Part shown: positions 35,481 through 48,075 of the stretch, one piece after another
Numbering within the stretch: the stretch's first letter is position 1
Layout of the letters: every line of letters begins with the position of its first letter
From: Camelus dromedarius
Taxonomy: Eukaryota
DNA length: 64,000 nt
Direction of reading: 5' to 3'
Assembly: GCF_036321535.1 (NCBI RefSeq)
Contig: NC_087438.1
Span: 6,946,001-7,010,000 of the forward strand
Position numbers and translations under genes: made by a program
Notes under the pieces: model-generated
What the model saw: the letters and a program-made list of their open reading frames with translations, nothing else
What the model was told of the DNA's origin: nothing
Databases searched by the model: none

Positions 35481-36895
35481 TCATTTATTTTTCTATTCAA
35501 CAAATATGCAATAAGTCCCTGCAATACGGTGGGCTCCCAGTGAAGCTCTGATATAGAGACATCATAGCGGACAAAGTGTCTGCCCCCAGGGAAGCTTACA
35601 GGCTAGCATATGAAAGAAACCAACTAACAGTTCATTATTTCATCACAATGGTGCCACAGTGGGTGAATTACTGGGTGCTGTGTGAGCAGATGGTGGGGAG
35701 ACCCAACCCAGACAGGCCTGGGCACCTACCATCACTGTGAGAGCTCAAGCATCACTAGGTGGCAGGGAGGTAAAGGTTGGGGAGGTGGAAGCGGGAGGAG
35801 GAGGATCCAAGCAGAGGAAATGTGCATGCAAGCTCCAAGGTGGGAAGCCTTGGTTAAAGGAACTGAATGAAGGGTTGCACGGCGCCCAGAGAATGGGAGA
35901 CGGCAGGACAACATGATCGTTTATGATTTAGAAACAGAATTCTGCTGCCATGTAGAGAGTGAGTGGAAGGGAGCTAAGAGGAATTTGGGAGGCAAATTTG
36001 ATGGCTAGTTCTATAGTCCACATAGATGTGATTGTGGCTTCACCCAAGATAGTGGTGCGATGGATGTTTATAAAAGCTTTATTCATAATTGCCAAAACTT
36101 GGAAGCAACTAAGACGTCCTTCAACGGATGGATGGCTAAACAAGCTGTGGTAATCCAGACAGTGGAAAAGTAATGACTATCAAGTCCTGAAAAGACACAG
36201 AGGAACTATAAATGCATACTGCTAAGTGAAAGAAGCCAATCTGAAAAACTTACCTACTGTGTGATTCCATCTATATGACATTCTGGAAAAGACAAAACTG
36301 GAGACATGAGAAGATCAGTGGTTTCTAGGAGACTGGGGAGAGTGAGGTAAAAAATGAATAGGTGGAGAACAGGGGAATTTTAGGGCAGTGAAGCTATTCT
36401 ACAGGATACTGTTATGGTGGATACACGTCATTATATATTTGTCCAAGCCCATAGAACTGAACAACAAAAAGAGTGATCTCTAATGTAAACAATGGATTTC
36501 AGTTAATTTTTCAATATTGGCTCATCTGCTGTAACAAATGTACCACACTGATGCAAGAGGTTAAGAATAGGGAAGGGGAGAGGAGACTAGGGAAATTCTC
36601 CATACTTTTCACCTAATTTTTCTGTAAACCTAAAACTGCTCTAAAAAAGAAAATCTATTAATAAAAAAAAAACTTTTTTAAAAGATGGTGGTGTGGAGGT
36701 GGAGGTATTTTCAGTGGACTTGGTAGCTGATTGGATAGAGGAGCTCTGCAAGGGGGAGGTGTCGCGGGTGGAGCCTCATTTTCTAGCTTGAGCTGCCTGG
36801 TGGTGCTTTGAACTTGTAAATAATGGTGAGGGGTCCAATTAGGGGACAGGTGGGTGGGGGGAGAATCAGGGTAGAGCATGAGTTTAGTTTCACTA
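35481..36895 (-). mobile_element. L2 LINE, interrupted by an L1MC2-type insertion
   Basis: Antisense L2 tail (TCATTTATT..ATTCAACAAATATG; CTGCCCCCAGGGAAGCTTACAGGCTAG). L2-like sequence resumes after ~36682 and runs to ATGAGTTTAGTTT. Confidence 0.65.
36060..36681 (+). mobile_element. L1MC2-type LINE-1 3' end with poly(A)
   Basis: TTCATAATTGCCAAAACTTGGAAGCAAC...TTTTAGGGCAGTGAAGCTATTCT...TTTTCTGTAAACCTAAAACTGCTCTAAAAA plus an A tail. Degenerate TSD at 36046-36059 / 36682-36695. Confidence 0.9.
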
Positions 36896-38824
36896 ATATA
36901 GTCCCAGTTTCAAATATTCTATTCTGCTGTCTCCATAAACTCAACATCTCTCAGAAAATCTGCTATTTTGGTAACTAAACCACATTTCCAGATTTCCTTT
37001 AGTACAAAAGTATCCCTGAGTTTTATTTTATCAGACCAAGAGCCTTTGGATCCAAAAATGTGGTTACTAAATCTGTAAGATATCCCTTTACACTTATGAA
37101 GTTGGTTAATTAACCACTTTCCTAAAGCCCACATCCTTGGTAAGTTTTAGCACAGTGACAATAATAACACAAGTAAGCTATTTTCTTTTAGGCAAAAAAA
37201 CAAAAAAAAAAACATTTGGAAACCTCAACCTGGAGACAATTCTATCCTGGAAAAGAATAGATCCCTCTGAGATGATTATTCCCACCACCACCCCACTCCA
37301 TCTTCTGTGTTCAACCTTGATTAAATAATGGGAAACACTTGCACATAATGAGTGGCCCGCAATTGTCAACAGCCCAAGAACTTTACCCCCAGGTCCCCCC
37401 CTGCAACATGGCAGGTTGCCCTACTACACAGTGATTAATTCCGGGATACGGAGCTAATCTATAACCAAGTTCCAACAGAAACATTTTACTGCTTGTCATA
37501 AGCAAAACAGGATGGTGCATACTGAAATGGTTACTAACCAATTTTCATAATCAAAAAGCATTGTGCTGTATTGGCTAAAACATTAGTCATGGGATTAGAA
37601 TCCATCCTCCCCTGAATAGTCTAATCCTCTTAAAATGGCTCAGAGTAATCAGGTTAGCTCCACTGTAAATTTTAGTAAACCCATCACTCTTATAAAGGAG
37701 TTTCAGAAAAGGAAAGATCAAACAGCTTCTTAAATCCTTGATGCTGATGAAACGTTGGGCAAAATAAAAGTCTTACAGAGCACTTACATAATTGACTTGA
37801 GCTAAAATATACTAATAGAGATACATTTGCCATCATAAATGGATTTGTACTCTAAAAACTTCCACTGTGGAAACAGATTCTGAGTGCTGGTCTTCTAAAT
37901 AATGTGACAGTAATGAGAAAAATTACGGGGAAATATCTCACTGAGCGCCCCAACTCCAGCAATTATTATGTGGAAGCCCCATTCAGCAATGCTGTGTGAG
38001 ACTATGACTAGTGGTGATTGTTTCGCGACTTTCTGGTGAGGATCGTACCCTCCGCCAGTGGGTGATGCTGACTTGACAAGTACACTCAGCTCAAGCTTCT
38101 CAGTACATCCAGTTGGCCTCAGGAAATTCATCAAATCCATTCTCACCTCAAGTCTCCTACGTCTCTGTTACACATACCCTATGACTAAGCCATGACTCCG
38201 CTTTCCAACAGTTTGCAGACGTACTCGAGAAGCCAAGAGTAGGGTCACCAATGTGCTCCTGTAAGTCTCTACTTAGATTCAGTTTTTCATTTTTCTCTTC
38301 TCCCCATGATCCTGGATCCTTATGTTTATGGTCTGACTTATCCACTGTCCAATCTAGATTTGTGACATCAAAAATTATAATAATCACACCTGCCTATTTT
38401 TATTCAAGCTACATATAAAAATGTTGAAAGTTACAGATTCTAGAATAACATCCTGTTTCAAATTCAAATTGACATAAGATGGCATCGTCACCCAACTGTT
38501 CATTCTTTCTGATAAGCATCCTTGCATTCAACCCAAAGTTTTCTGAAGGTTTACCTGAGGCTGGACATACACACAAACATAGCAGTGTAGGGCTCATGAA
38601 CTTACACTGAATGCAGTCAAACAGGTTCTAAGATTCAAACTCCCCCACTGACTCACCAGAAGGGAACACTTCCCCACTATTCCACCCCCACCTAAATATG
38701 GCTTCCCGTGACTGCCCCTTCTTTGCCATTTATGCAGGAGAAGTCAACCACCCTGTCAAAAGTGAAAAAGCTGCTACCAATGTAATTCCAATCAAAATGC
38801 TTTCACACTTTAGGAGAGCGTTAG

Positions 38825-39277
38825 TGTGAGGGTTCATTTTATGTATCGATTTGGCTGGACCTGGTGCCCAGATACATGACCCAATACTATTCTGAGTGTT
38901 TCTGGAGTGGTGTTTCTGGGATGAGATTTGCATTTAAGTTGGTGGACTACGAATAAAGCAGACTGCCGTCCATAATGTGGGGCATCTGTTCATCCAATCA
39001 GTTGAAGGTCTTAAGTGAACAAAAGATTGACCTCCCAGGAATAAGAGGGAATTCTGCCAGCAGACAGCCTTCAGTCATGAACTGCAGAATCAGCTCTTTC
39101 CCTGCAGCAGGACAGCCTTTGGACTTGAAAACAACATAGGATTTTTTCTGGGGCTCTAGTCTGATGGCCTTCAGATTTGAACTGCAGATTTTGGACCTCC
39201 CAGTATATATATATTATGTTATTATATATGGTATATTATATACTGTACATACATATATCCTGGAGAACTCTAACACA
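38825..39277 (+). mobile_element. MLT2C/D (ERVL) solo LTR
   Basis: TGTGAGGGTTCATTTTATGT...GGTGCCCAGATA...GATGAGATTTGCATTTAAGTTGGTGGACT...CATCCAATCAGTTGAAGG...CTGGAGAACTCTAACACA. Confidence 0.9.
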
Positions 39278-40589
39278 ATTGAAAAGTATCTTAATATAAA
39301 AGTACAAAAATGTAATAATACATTGGACAAAAACAGTCTCATATCCATTGTCCTCCAAATTAATTATGAATGATATCCCAATAGCCTCTTTATTCTCTTC
39401 AAATGACTCACATCCATTGTTCTTTAGACTTCCTTCAGGATGCATTCACCTTCTCCTTCGTCCTTGAAATCTTGGGTGAAGGAAAGTATATAAATATCGT
39501 GTCTCTGCAATTCCAGTGTTCGACTCTTTGAAAGGTATCTACTGAATCATAGGTCAAGATACAGCCACTCTCTGGAGCCAAAGTCACAAGAACATTAATA
39601 ACTCCTAGTGGATTTATGAGTCAGGCTTATTGAGCAAAAAAATTACATTCAGGGCACAAGAGCCCCTCAAGTCAAATGAGAAAGGGAAGTTTGATTGAGA
39701 GTGGTAGGAACTGGACTTGCTCAGGGCAAGAGACTCCTGCGCTCAACACTTCTGGGAGGGGAAGAGAAGGGCCACGTTAGATGTAGGTTACCACCAGTGA
39801 CAGCCACCCTACACACACACACACACGGACACATGCTGCAGCTAAAATGATTTTTTTAATGACAAGTCACTTCTTAGAGGAGGTCTTGGTATAATGAGAT
39901 GCCACCATAAAGTAACAAAACCACAAGAGGATGCAGAAACACAGGGGGACAACAGTATCTAATGCTGCCAAGTTACCTGCTCATCTCAGTTACTCGTGCA
40001 AAAGGAGACAGTCAGAATGTGGGTAATAAAAAAGCCAACAATCCACAAATGCAAATGGTTCAAAGTCTTCCCACAAGATACTTCACGAAAAGGACTGACA
40101 AGTGTTTCATGTGCAAGGAAGACAGATTCAGAAGCTGCTGGGAGGACTGGGTAGGACCCAGTCTCCCACGAGAGCAGCACTGGACACTTAGTCCTGGGCT
40201 CTGCCAGGTACACAGAGGTCTCCTGGGAACTGGCTCCAGCCGTTCCTGAGAGACTGATACCTAAATAAAAATGACGACTTCTTAATTCACAACAAGAGAA
40301 TTCCTTACTCACCATGACACTTACTTCTTCTGGTCAGCAAATTCCAGCATCAACAGGAAAGCCACTTTACAGGGGGAACAGAGGTATCTGTTTTGCCCAG
40401 ATCACATAATTAGCTCGAAGTAATGGATGAGTACAGATGTAAGAAGCCTTGTGTACGTAGTCATTCACACTCTTAAATATTTATGAATAATTGTCTCCAT
40501 TCGAACCTAGGGGTTCCCCTGCTCCTTCATTCTCAACCCCTGCAACCCTCTCTCCCCTCCAAAATCATTCCACCTCAAAAGAAACTTCT

Positions 40590-41590
40590 TCTTGCTCTTT
40601 ATTGCTAAATCCTTGGATGATTTTCTACTATTTTTCTGGACCTCCTATACATTTGATCCTTTCTTGCTTTTTGAAACTCTCCCTTCTTCCATTTGATCAC
40701 ATCACAATTAACTGACTCTCTTCCTACATCTCTGACTGTACTTTTTTGGTCTCTGCCATGGATGTTATTCATCTAGTTGCCTCCTAAAGACTACTATTCC
40801 TTGAATTTCTTCCAGCCCATTTCTAACAACACATACATTTGTCCATCACTTATACTCTGATGACTCCCGAATCTACATCAAGAACCAGCCCTCTCCCCAG
40901 TGCTTTCAGGCCAGTATAGCACATCCAGCTTTTGAATAGGAAACCCAATATTCCTTCCCCTCATCTTTTAGAGAGAACCATTTCCGTGGCCCCTCCTGCA
41001 GCCCCTTCTCAGCCATATCCCTGCATCCTGAGAAAAGAAGCACCTACTCTGTTGGCCACAGAATATAGACCACACCAGCTCATAGGTACCTGAGAATTTG
41101 CACTGCCTATAGAAGAAGCCAGGAACTCCTTAACATAGGATGCAAGACCCTTCACAAACTGACCCTAGTTTGTCTTTCCAGACTTAACTTCATTCTCTCT
41201 CTGTCTTCTAATCTTGTAGCAGGTAATCTGTTCCTTCTCAGATATTTCCAGGGCTTTGCTCATATTCTTTCCATGTTTAGAATATCTTTCTCTGTTAATC
41301 TACCTTAGCAAGACCTACTCATCTTCCTAATATTACACACACATACACACACACACAGACTTCTTCCCTTTAGCTTTCACTGAACCTTAGCCAAGTAGAA
41401 TTCCACCATATGCTGTGTTTTCAAGGTATTTATAAATTCCACCAGTACAGTGTCTATACTGTGTCATGATCGTTTGTTTTTGAACCTGCTTCCCCATCAT
41501 TCCATTACTCATTGAGGGGACCATGGCTCTCTCATTTCTGAAGTTCCTTGATCCTGCTACAATCATCCAGATAGTAATTCATGAGTGTTC
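40590..41590 (+). mobile_element. L2 LINE fragment, decayed
   Basis: Pyrimidine-rich L2 motifs: TTGAAACTCTCCCTTC, CTGATGACTCCCGAATCTACATC, TGCCTATAGAAGAAG..AACTCCTTAACAT, CCAGGGCTTTGCTCAT. Confidence 0.7.
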
Positions 41591-44169
41591 CTCCTCAAAA
41601 TTAAACTATTCTGGGGAGGAAGTATGTGCAACACATATAAAATTAGGAGAAAAATCAGCTTTGTTAAGAAATACAAAACAGTATTCACACATAGAATCAG
41701 CATACTAGTCACCCTCTTTAGGATTTAGGACTTTTGAACATGAAACTGTCCGGGAGGTATCATGGAGAACAGCACATCCAAGGTCGGAACATACACCCTG
41801 AAACTCCTGATGCACAGCCTTGCCGACTACAGATTCAGGTGACCTCTTCTTCATTTAGCTTCGTGAAAGTAAAAATTGACCTTTCACCTTCTGACAAGAT
41901 TTTTGTTAAGATCAACACAGCCTGTGAAATCAAGCTCTGGATATTTGTATATGAAGGTGCCCTGTCTGAAACTGGACTCTAAATCTCTGGATCTGCAGAG
42001 CTGTCTCTTGATGCACCCTCTCAGCTCCATGGATGTAAAGTGAGTTCCTGCGCATTGTTCCAGGAGAAAACTGTGAGGTGACCCAATACAAAAGCAACCA
42101 TATAGGACTGTGTTTGAACTGTGCTCTTGGGGGGGCAGAGGGGGAAGATGAAAGAAGTGACTCTTGGCTGGCTGTGAATAAGCTAAGGCTCACTGGGGAT
42201 TTAAGTTCATCTTTCTCAGTAACTCACTGGGCTGCAAACTTGAGGCTTGGAGCTTCAGGAAAGTCTCAAAGACGTAGATCTTCCCCTCCTGCTGCAGTCC
42301 GGACTAGAAAAAGAAGTACGCTTGGCCCAGCAAGACTAAAGCTGCTGTTAACATGCACGCTGGTGTTATCTGCGTGGACTCTCCTGGACCCTGGAGAGTA
42401 TCTTGATGTTGAATCATCATCTTCTGACATGATCATCCTGGGAGCCCCTGGGGTGAGAGGTGAGCACTTTGGCCTGGAGTGAGTATGTATTCCCAGAATC
42501 CATCCCCCTGGGAAGAGGTGCCCATGGGAACACAGAACACAGACTTTGGAGATGGATCTTAGTCTGCGATAAAGGGGATCGTTGTCTTCTCTTTGACTTT
42601 GTAATGGTTGGACGTCAAATGTGTGGCTATAATGGGTAAAGGGAGTGACTCCTTCTGAAAACCATGCCTCATAACAGTCGTAAACTATTCTTGCCATCGT
42701 ACTTCCTTCTGTCGCCCACAGACATGCAGCAGAACCTTAGTGATGCAGCCTGACTCTGACTGTGCTGTGGACTCTGAAGGAAAGGACTGTTTATGTTAGA
42801 GACAGAAAAGCAAAGGGGGCCAGGATGTCCCTTCCTATGGCCAGAGTAGTGGCCCTTTAGCCTTCACCAAAAGAGGGAGGCTGTGTCCAACAGTGGGGAC
42901 TCCCCATGAGGGCCAATGACAGCAGGGGCTGTGGGGTGGTGACAAGAAGATGAGACTGGAGGTGAAGGTCATGAGAGAGCTGAACACATAAAGCCCAAAT
43001 ACACAGAAATCCCTCCAAATACCTAAGGAATCATTTAAGGGGTCAGGGATCTGCAGGGGGAAGTTTGAAGTCACGTCACTTAGAGAATTAAAGAAAAAGT
43101 GATTTCAGTTGGCACCTGCAGGCTGATAAGGGACGGGCACCTAGTGACCATTTGGAAGCAGCTCTTTTTTATGAAGATGCGTCACAGTACTTTTCCCTCA
43201 TTAAGACGAGCTCCAAAAACCAGGCTGCAGAATGTAATCATCATTTCTTAGTTCCAAGTTTTTGTGGTTGTGAAATACATTCTTATTCTCAGAAGCAGAC
43301 TGAGAAGTGAGGTACGCACTGAACAGGTGCCAGTGGTAGAGATCATCACTCTCCTCTTGGGTTTGCTAATCTTGCCCATTTATGAATTAAAAGACGTGAA
43401 TGTGTGTGTGTGTTTACGGTTAATATTGAAAGGTACTAAAGGCAAAATATACTACGTAAACTTTTTTGGCAGTTTCATATAACCAGGGAAAAATAACTTC
43501 TTTAAAATTTTTAAAGTCTTAAATTCAATTGACAAAAATTAATGAGCAAGGGGAAGAAGGAGCATAAACACTTGGAATTATTACCCAGAACATCTCGTAC
43601 TTCTCAATTTGTGCAGGAAGACCAGCTCTTTTGGAACAACTCATTAAAGTTGAGAACTGGACTTTTGGCCCGTAATTATTTCTGGAAGACAATCCTAGAT
43701 GTCACTGACTAATTGGGCTAATTGGAAGAGAAAAATTGCACGAAATGTTCCTTCAACATATACATTAATTTACTTTTATTTTCAGCTAAGACTTTTCTAA
43801 TTGTATTGATTTGTAGCTCCAAACAAATGAAAAATCCTAAGGGAAAAACATTTATAAAGGGCAATTCTAAGAGGAAGTAAAGATAAAGGAGGAGAAGGAG
43901 GTCAAAAGTGCCATAAAACCTAAAATATTATTCTTTTGACAACCTGCTTTAAGATATTAAGATCACTTAAAATTCACTAAAAATATCATCTTGAACACTC
44001 TTAGGAACTGAGAACTGCATGTCCCAAATAATTGTCAACATGACAGAGAGCTTTTGCTCAGCTGTAAGGCAGTTCCCAGCTGACAAATGGGTTGTGCTCA
44101 AAAAGTTCTCTTGAAGTTAATTGTTCAGAACTCAGGCCAGCTCAAAAGAAAAGTAACCCTAAATGCTCC

Positions 44170-44584
44170 TGTTTTAGTTTTCTCGGACTTCCATACAAAG
44201 GACCCCACACTGGGTGGCTTGAACACAGAAATGTATTGTCTCACAAGCTGGAGGCTGGAAGTCCAAGATGGCAGTGTTGGCAGGGCTGGTTCCTGCCGGG
44301 GGCTGTGGCGGAGCCTCTCTCCTTGTTTCCTGGGAGTTTGTTGGTCATCTTTGGCATTCCGTCTCTGCCTTCATCTTCACACTGTGTCTTCCCTGGTTGT
44401 ATGTCTGTGTCCATATTTCCCTTTTTATGGGACCGCAGTCACCCTGAATGAGGGACCTACCTTGTTCTAGTATGACCTCCACTTAACCTGTTATATCTGC
44501 AATGACCTTCTCTCCAAATAAGAGCACTTTCTGAGGTGATGGTTCAATATATGAATGGCGGAGGGGCACAATTCAGCCCACAAC
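44170..44584 (-). mobile_element. MLT1B-type MaLR solo LTR
   Basis: ACTGGGTGGCTTGAACACAGAAATGTATTGTCTCACA..CTGGAGGCTGGAAGTCCAAGAT...TATGACCTC...CACAATTCAGCCCACAAC. Confidence 0.88.
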
Positions 44585-44808
44585 CCTCCCAAAGTGCATT
44601 TGAGCAGCTGAGAGCCCTGCTTCTCTCAGAGGAGCTGTTCTGAGCTGGGGCTTCTCTGGGCTCACAGCTCTTCCACACCTGGGATGGGAGGAGGAGGAGG
44701 AGGGCAGGGCTGAACCCTTGGCACCAGGAAACTATACATCTCCCAGGGTACCAGAACACAGTCCTGCAGAAGAGAGTGAGTTTCTTCTGAAAGCACCTGG
44801 CTCCACAG

Positions 44809-44992
44809 CAGAAGTTCTCCAACTTGAGATGCCCAGGATGCCCAAACTGGCCTGCAGGGACACAGATCACTGGACCACAGCATCCCTTCCTGAGCCAGCA
44901 GGGCTGGTGCGGGGCCCTGGAAACTGCATCTCTCACAAGTGCTCAGGTGAGGCCCACGCTGCCGGTCCTGGGCCACAGTTCAAGAACCACTG
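44809..44992. mobile_element. MER5A (hAT-Charlie) DNA transposon
   Basis: CAGAAGTTCTCCAACTT...GGGGCCCTGGAAACTGCATCTCTCACAAGTGCTCAGGTGA...AAGAACCACTG; imperfect terminal inverted repeats, ~185 bp. Confidence 0.85.
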
Positions 44993-45179
44993 GCCTGAAG
45001 GATACCTTATTGAAAAGATTTGCTTCTTGAGTAAAAGAAAGTATGTATAAAGGAGATAAAATTCGTCTCCTGGGGAAATACCTCTGCAGGAAGAGGGGCT
45101 GCAGTGGGTTAAGTGACAGTCTACCCAAAAATCATCCCACCACATGGTTGTATGTGTCTCAATAAATAAATCCATGTGC

Positions 45180-45420
45180 AATCACCTATATCATAAATAA
45201 TACTGTATAGATGGCAGAGATGTATTAATAACATTGTATTATGTGTGTATTCATGTAACATGTAACACCTTAACATATTATATATTGCATATACTATATA
45301 TGTAATAGAATATATAGTATATATGTGTATGACATAGCTATTAATATATTACAAATATTACATATTATAATATTATGCTATCTCATAAATCACATATCTA
45401 CATCTACATCTATTCATCTG
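45180..45420. repeat. AT-rich (TA)n-like low-complexity tract
   Basis: Degenerate TATA/ATAT repeats, seen directly. Confidence 0.8.
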
Positions 45421-46129
45421 TCTCACTTTGGAATACAGACCCAGTTGTTCTCAACATATCCCTTCGTCCACTGTCATAAAGTTCTGTATAGGAGACCCTA
45501 TCCAACTACTGCAGACAGAGGATCTGAGCGTGCCTGACAGATGCCACGTCGTGAGACTTACATCAGCCTGAGTGTGTGGTGTGACTCACTGCTCTGCACC
45601 ACGAACAGGGGAGAGGCCCCTGGGCTTCAGTGGCTATTTCTGAGTTGGAAGCTCCTACGTCCCCTTTGCGGGCATCCAGAGAAGTCAGTGGGTGGTCAGA
45701 AGAGCCCTGCCCACACTGCCCAGCCTCCAAGGGGGTTTCTCCCACGTTTCATCACACCTAGCTTTCCCCCTTGCTCCAGTTCAGGCAAGCCCCGGGGAGT
45801 AAGACGAGCCTGATGCCCTTCGCTGCCTCGGTGGAACTTCGTCTTCCCTGTCCATCCCCTCCAGGCACATGGACACACACTGGATAAAGGGATGTCATAG
45901 CAAAGCTGGTCGGAGCAAATAGACAGCTGCCTGCTTTTCCCCCGCAGACATCCGACTTCCCTCTGCTTCCTTCGTGGCCCTCCAGCCGGCATAACCAGGC
46001 TGGTTTGAAAGCCCCACTGCCACCACTGGGTCTAAACCAATTTCCAAAGAAATGGAGGAGAACAAGATCAAAGACCACTGTGTCAATACAAACTACGTCA
46101 TGTCCAGGTCGACTCCCTAAGTGAAGAAT

Positions 46130-46200
46130 TTTACTGTACAGCACAGGGAACTATATTCAATGTCTTGTAATAACCTACAATAGAAAATAATCTGAACTAT
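46130..46200 (+). mobile_element. Cetartiodactyl L1 3' UTR fragment
   Basis: TACTGTACAGCACAGGGAACTATATTCAATGTCTTGTAATAACCTACAAT..AAAATAATCTGAA. Confidence 0.8.
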
Positions 46201-46679
46201 ACATGCATAGCTGAAAATAGAGAGACAAATTTCAACAGAATGATTTTTTTCCTCTCCATCTCTATGACTGAAGTCTAATAGCACATCACTTTTCCAAGTA
46301 ATTAAAAATGATGGCCCAGGATGCAAATGACCTAAAGTCTTAATGATAGAGAGGATGTTTGTGTCTCTTGTTTAGTAAATACTCTCAGAGTTTCTGGCAC
46401 TGAAGAAACTCAATCCACTCAAACCAGCATAAAGCACTTATGTGATAAACCTACTGTACCATTTCCCCTTGGAAATATTTATAATCTACTGTATCAGGGA
46501 TGGAGAGTTTCTATTAAAAATATATCAACACTCTCATAAAGACCATTTTCCCCTTACAATTTATCCCGAGTAATAACATTCCAAGCCACAAACTTGTTGA
46601 CAATCAATTTTTGCTTCTCCATGCAATTCGACTGAAGAGTATCTGTTTCTTAACAACAGAATGGCTCAAACACAAAACA

Positions 46680-46830
46680 ACATTCACCTGGCAGGGGCGG
46701 TGACACTGTCAACCCCGAGATGCTTCCTCTTCTGTGCTGGCATGTCCACGTATCAGCCATCGGCCCTAGAGGCCTGCTGTTCTGTCGCGATTTCAGATCC
46801 CAAATGAATTTAACTGACTCCGAGCATGAG
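46680..46830 (+). pseudogene. Highly diverged U1 snRNA-like pseudogene relic
   Basis: Blocks colinear with U1: ACCTGGCAGGGG (46686-46697), GGCATGTCCA vs GGCTTATCCA (46739-46748), TGCTG (46775-46779), GCGATTTC (46787-46794), CCCAAATG, and AACTGACT vs AACTCGACT. Small insertions are needed to align them. Aligned by eye. Confidence 0.45.
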
Positions 46831-47089
46831 TAATATAAATACTGAACCTCAGCTAAATCATGAGCAGTGTCTCGTGAGTACAGATGTGTAAAAGAGTCAC
46901 TGATGCTGATTAGGGGACACTCTTGACCTCACTTCTCATCAGAGAAAATACTGAAGGCAGGAAACAGTGAGTTTGGTGGCTTGAGTAAATGAAGGCAGTG
47001 GTTGGGTACCTGCAGCTGTCTCCTGCTTCTTCTGGAAGGTGGCTGGGTTGGACTGTTGTAATTATGGGTTTTATCCTCTCACTTTGCCT

Positions 47090-47553
47090 TCCCTCCATTT
47101 TATCCAGTAACAGAAGCCCTTCCAACAGATGAACCTCTTCCCCCACCCTAGGAGAGGGAACATGACTCGGGTTTGGTGCACCAGAGAAACCCAAGCCCCT
47201 GGGCAGAGCTATTACTTCAGGGACTGACACTCATGGGAGCTGGACGGGCAGCCCCTCTCCCCACAGCGATCTTGTTGGAATCATCAGAAAAGAGACACTC
47301 TCTGTGGACTTCTAGCTTCATCACTGGGAAGACCTAAGCCCAGGTGTGCCAGCAGCCACCTTTGCCACCACGTGGAGAATCTGCTTGAGAATGAAGCAAC
47401 TCAGGGCAGCAGATTCAAAAGGTAGACAGGCCACATTGTGATGTCACTGCATGTGCTCCTCAAGCCTAGGCAACCCTGGACTTCCCTGACACGGGAAATA
47501 TATGTTACATTAAATTCAGTTTCTGTCCCTTATAACTAAAACTACCCTCACAC
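47090..47553 (+). mobile_element. MLT1K/L-type MaLR LTR
   Basis: GCAGCCACCTTTGCCACCACGTGGAGAATCTGCTTGAGAATGAAGCAAC...CCCTGGACTT...TTTCTGTCCCTTATAACTAAAA. Confidence 0.7.
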
Positions 47554-47589
47554 AGCTGCTGAGAGGGCAGAAACATCACCTACATCTAG

Positions 47590-48075
47590 GCTAAAAGAAA
47601 ACCCTTGTTTCTTCTTCTTACAAAACTCTGACACCCAATGTGTGGCTTCCATTTCCATTTCCATTTCCATTTCCATTCTATCTGGGCACTATGTATCCAG
47701 AGTCAGACAGATTCATGGGTTAAGGGCTCAGTCCCACAAGCCTGCCCCTCACTGCAGACGCCAGTTGCGAGTCTGGCCTCTTGCGAGTCTGGTACTTTTG
47801 ACCAACTAACTGCCTATAAATGAAGAGTTCCCATCCCCCTTCTTGGGCTCAATAATTTGCTAGAACAGCTTGCAGAACTCAGAAAAACACTTTACTCACT
47901 ATTATTGGGTTTACTATAATGGCTACAACTCAGGAACAGCCAAATGGAAGAGAGGCACAGGGCAGGGTGTGATGGGCAGGTGAGGAAAGAGACTTTCATT
48001 ACAACCTCCCACACCTCGATGTGTTCACCAACCCAGAAACTCCCTTTACCCTGTTGTTGGGGGTTTTGTGGAGAA
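47590..48075 (-). mobile_element. MER21-family LTR fragment containing (TTCCAT)5
   Basis: GGTTAAGGGCTCAGTCCCACAAG..TGCCCCTCACTGCAGACGCCAG...ATAATTTGCTAGAACAGCT..CAGAACTCAG...CAGCCAAATGGAAGAGA. Hexamer repeat at 47647-47676. Confidence 0.85.

Noticed and set aside
47638..47823. ORF with an FHFHFHFH motif
   Set aside because: Translation of the (TTCCAT)5 repeat inside a MER21 LTR.
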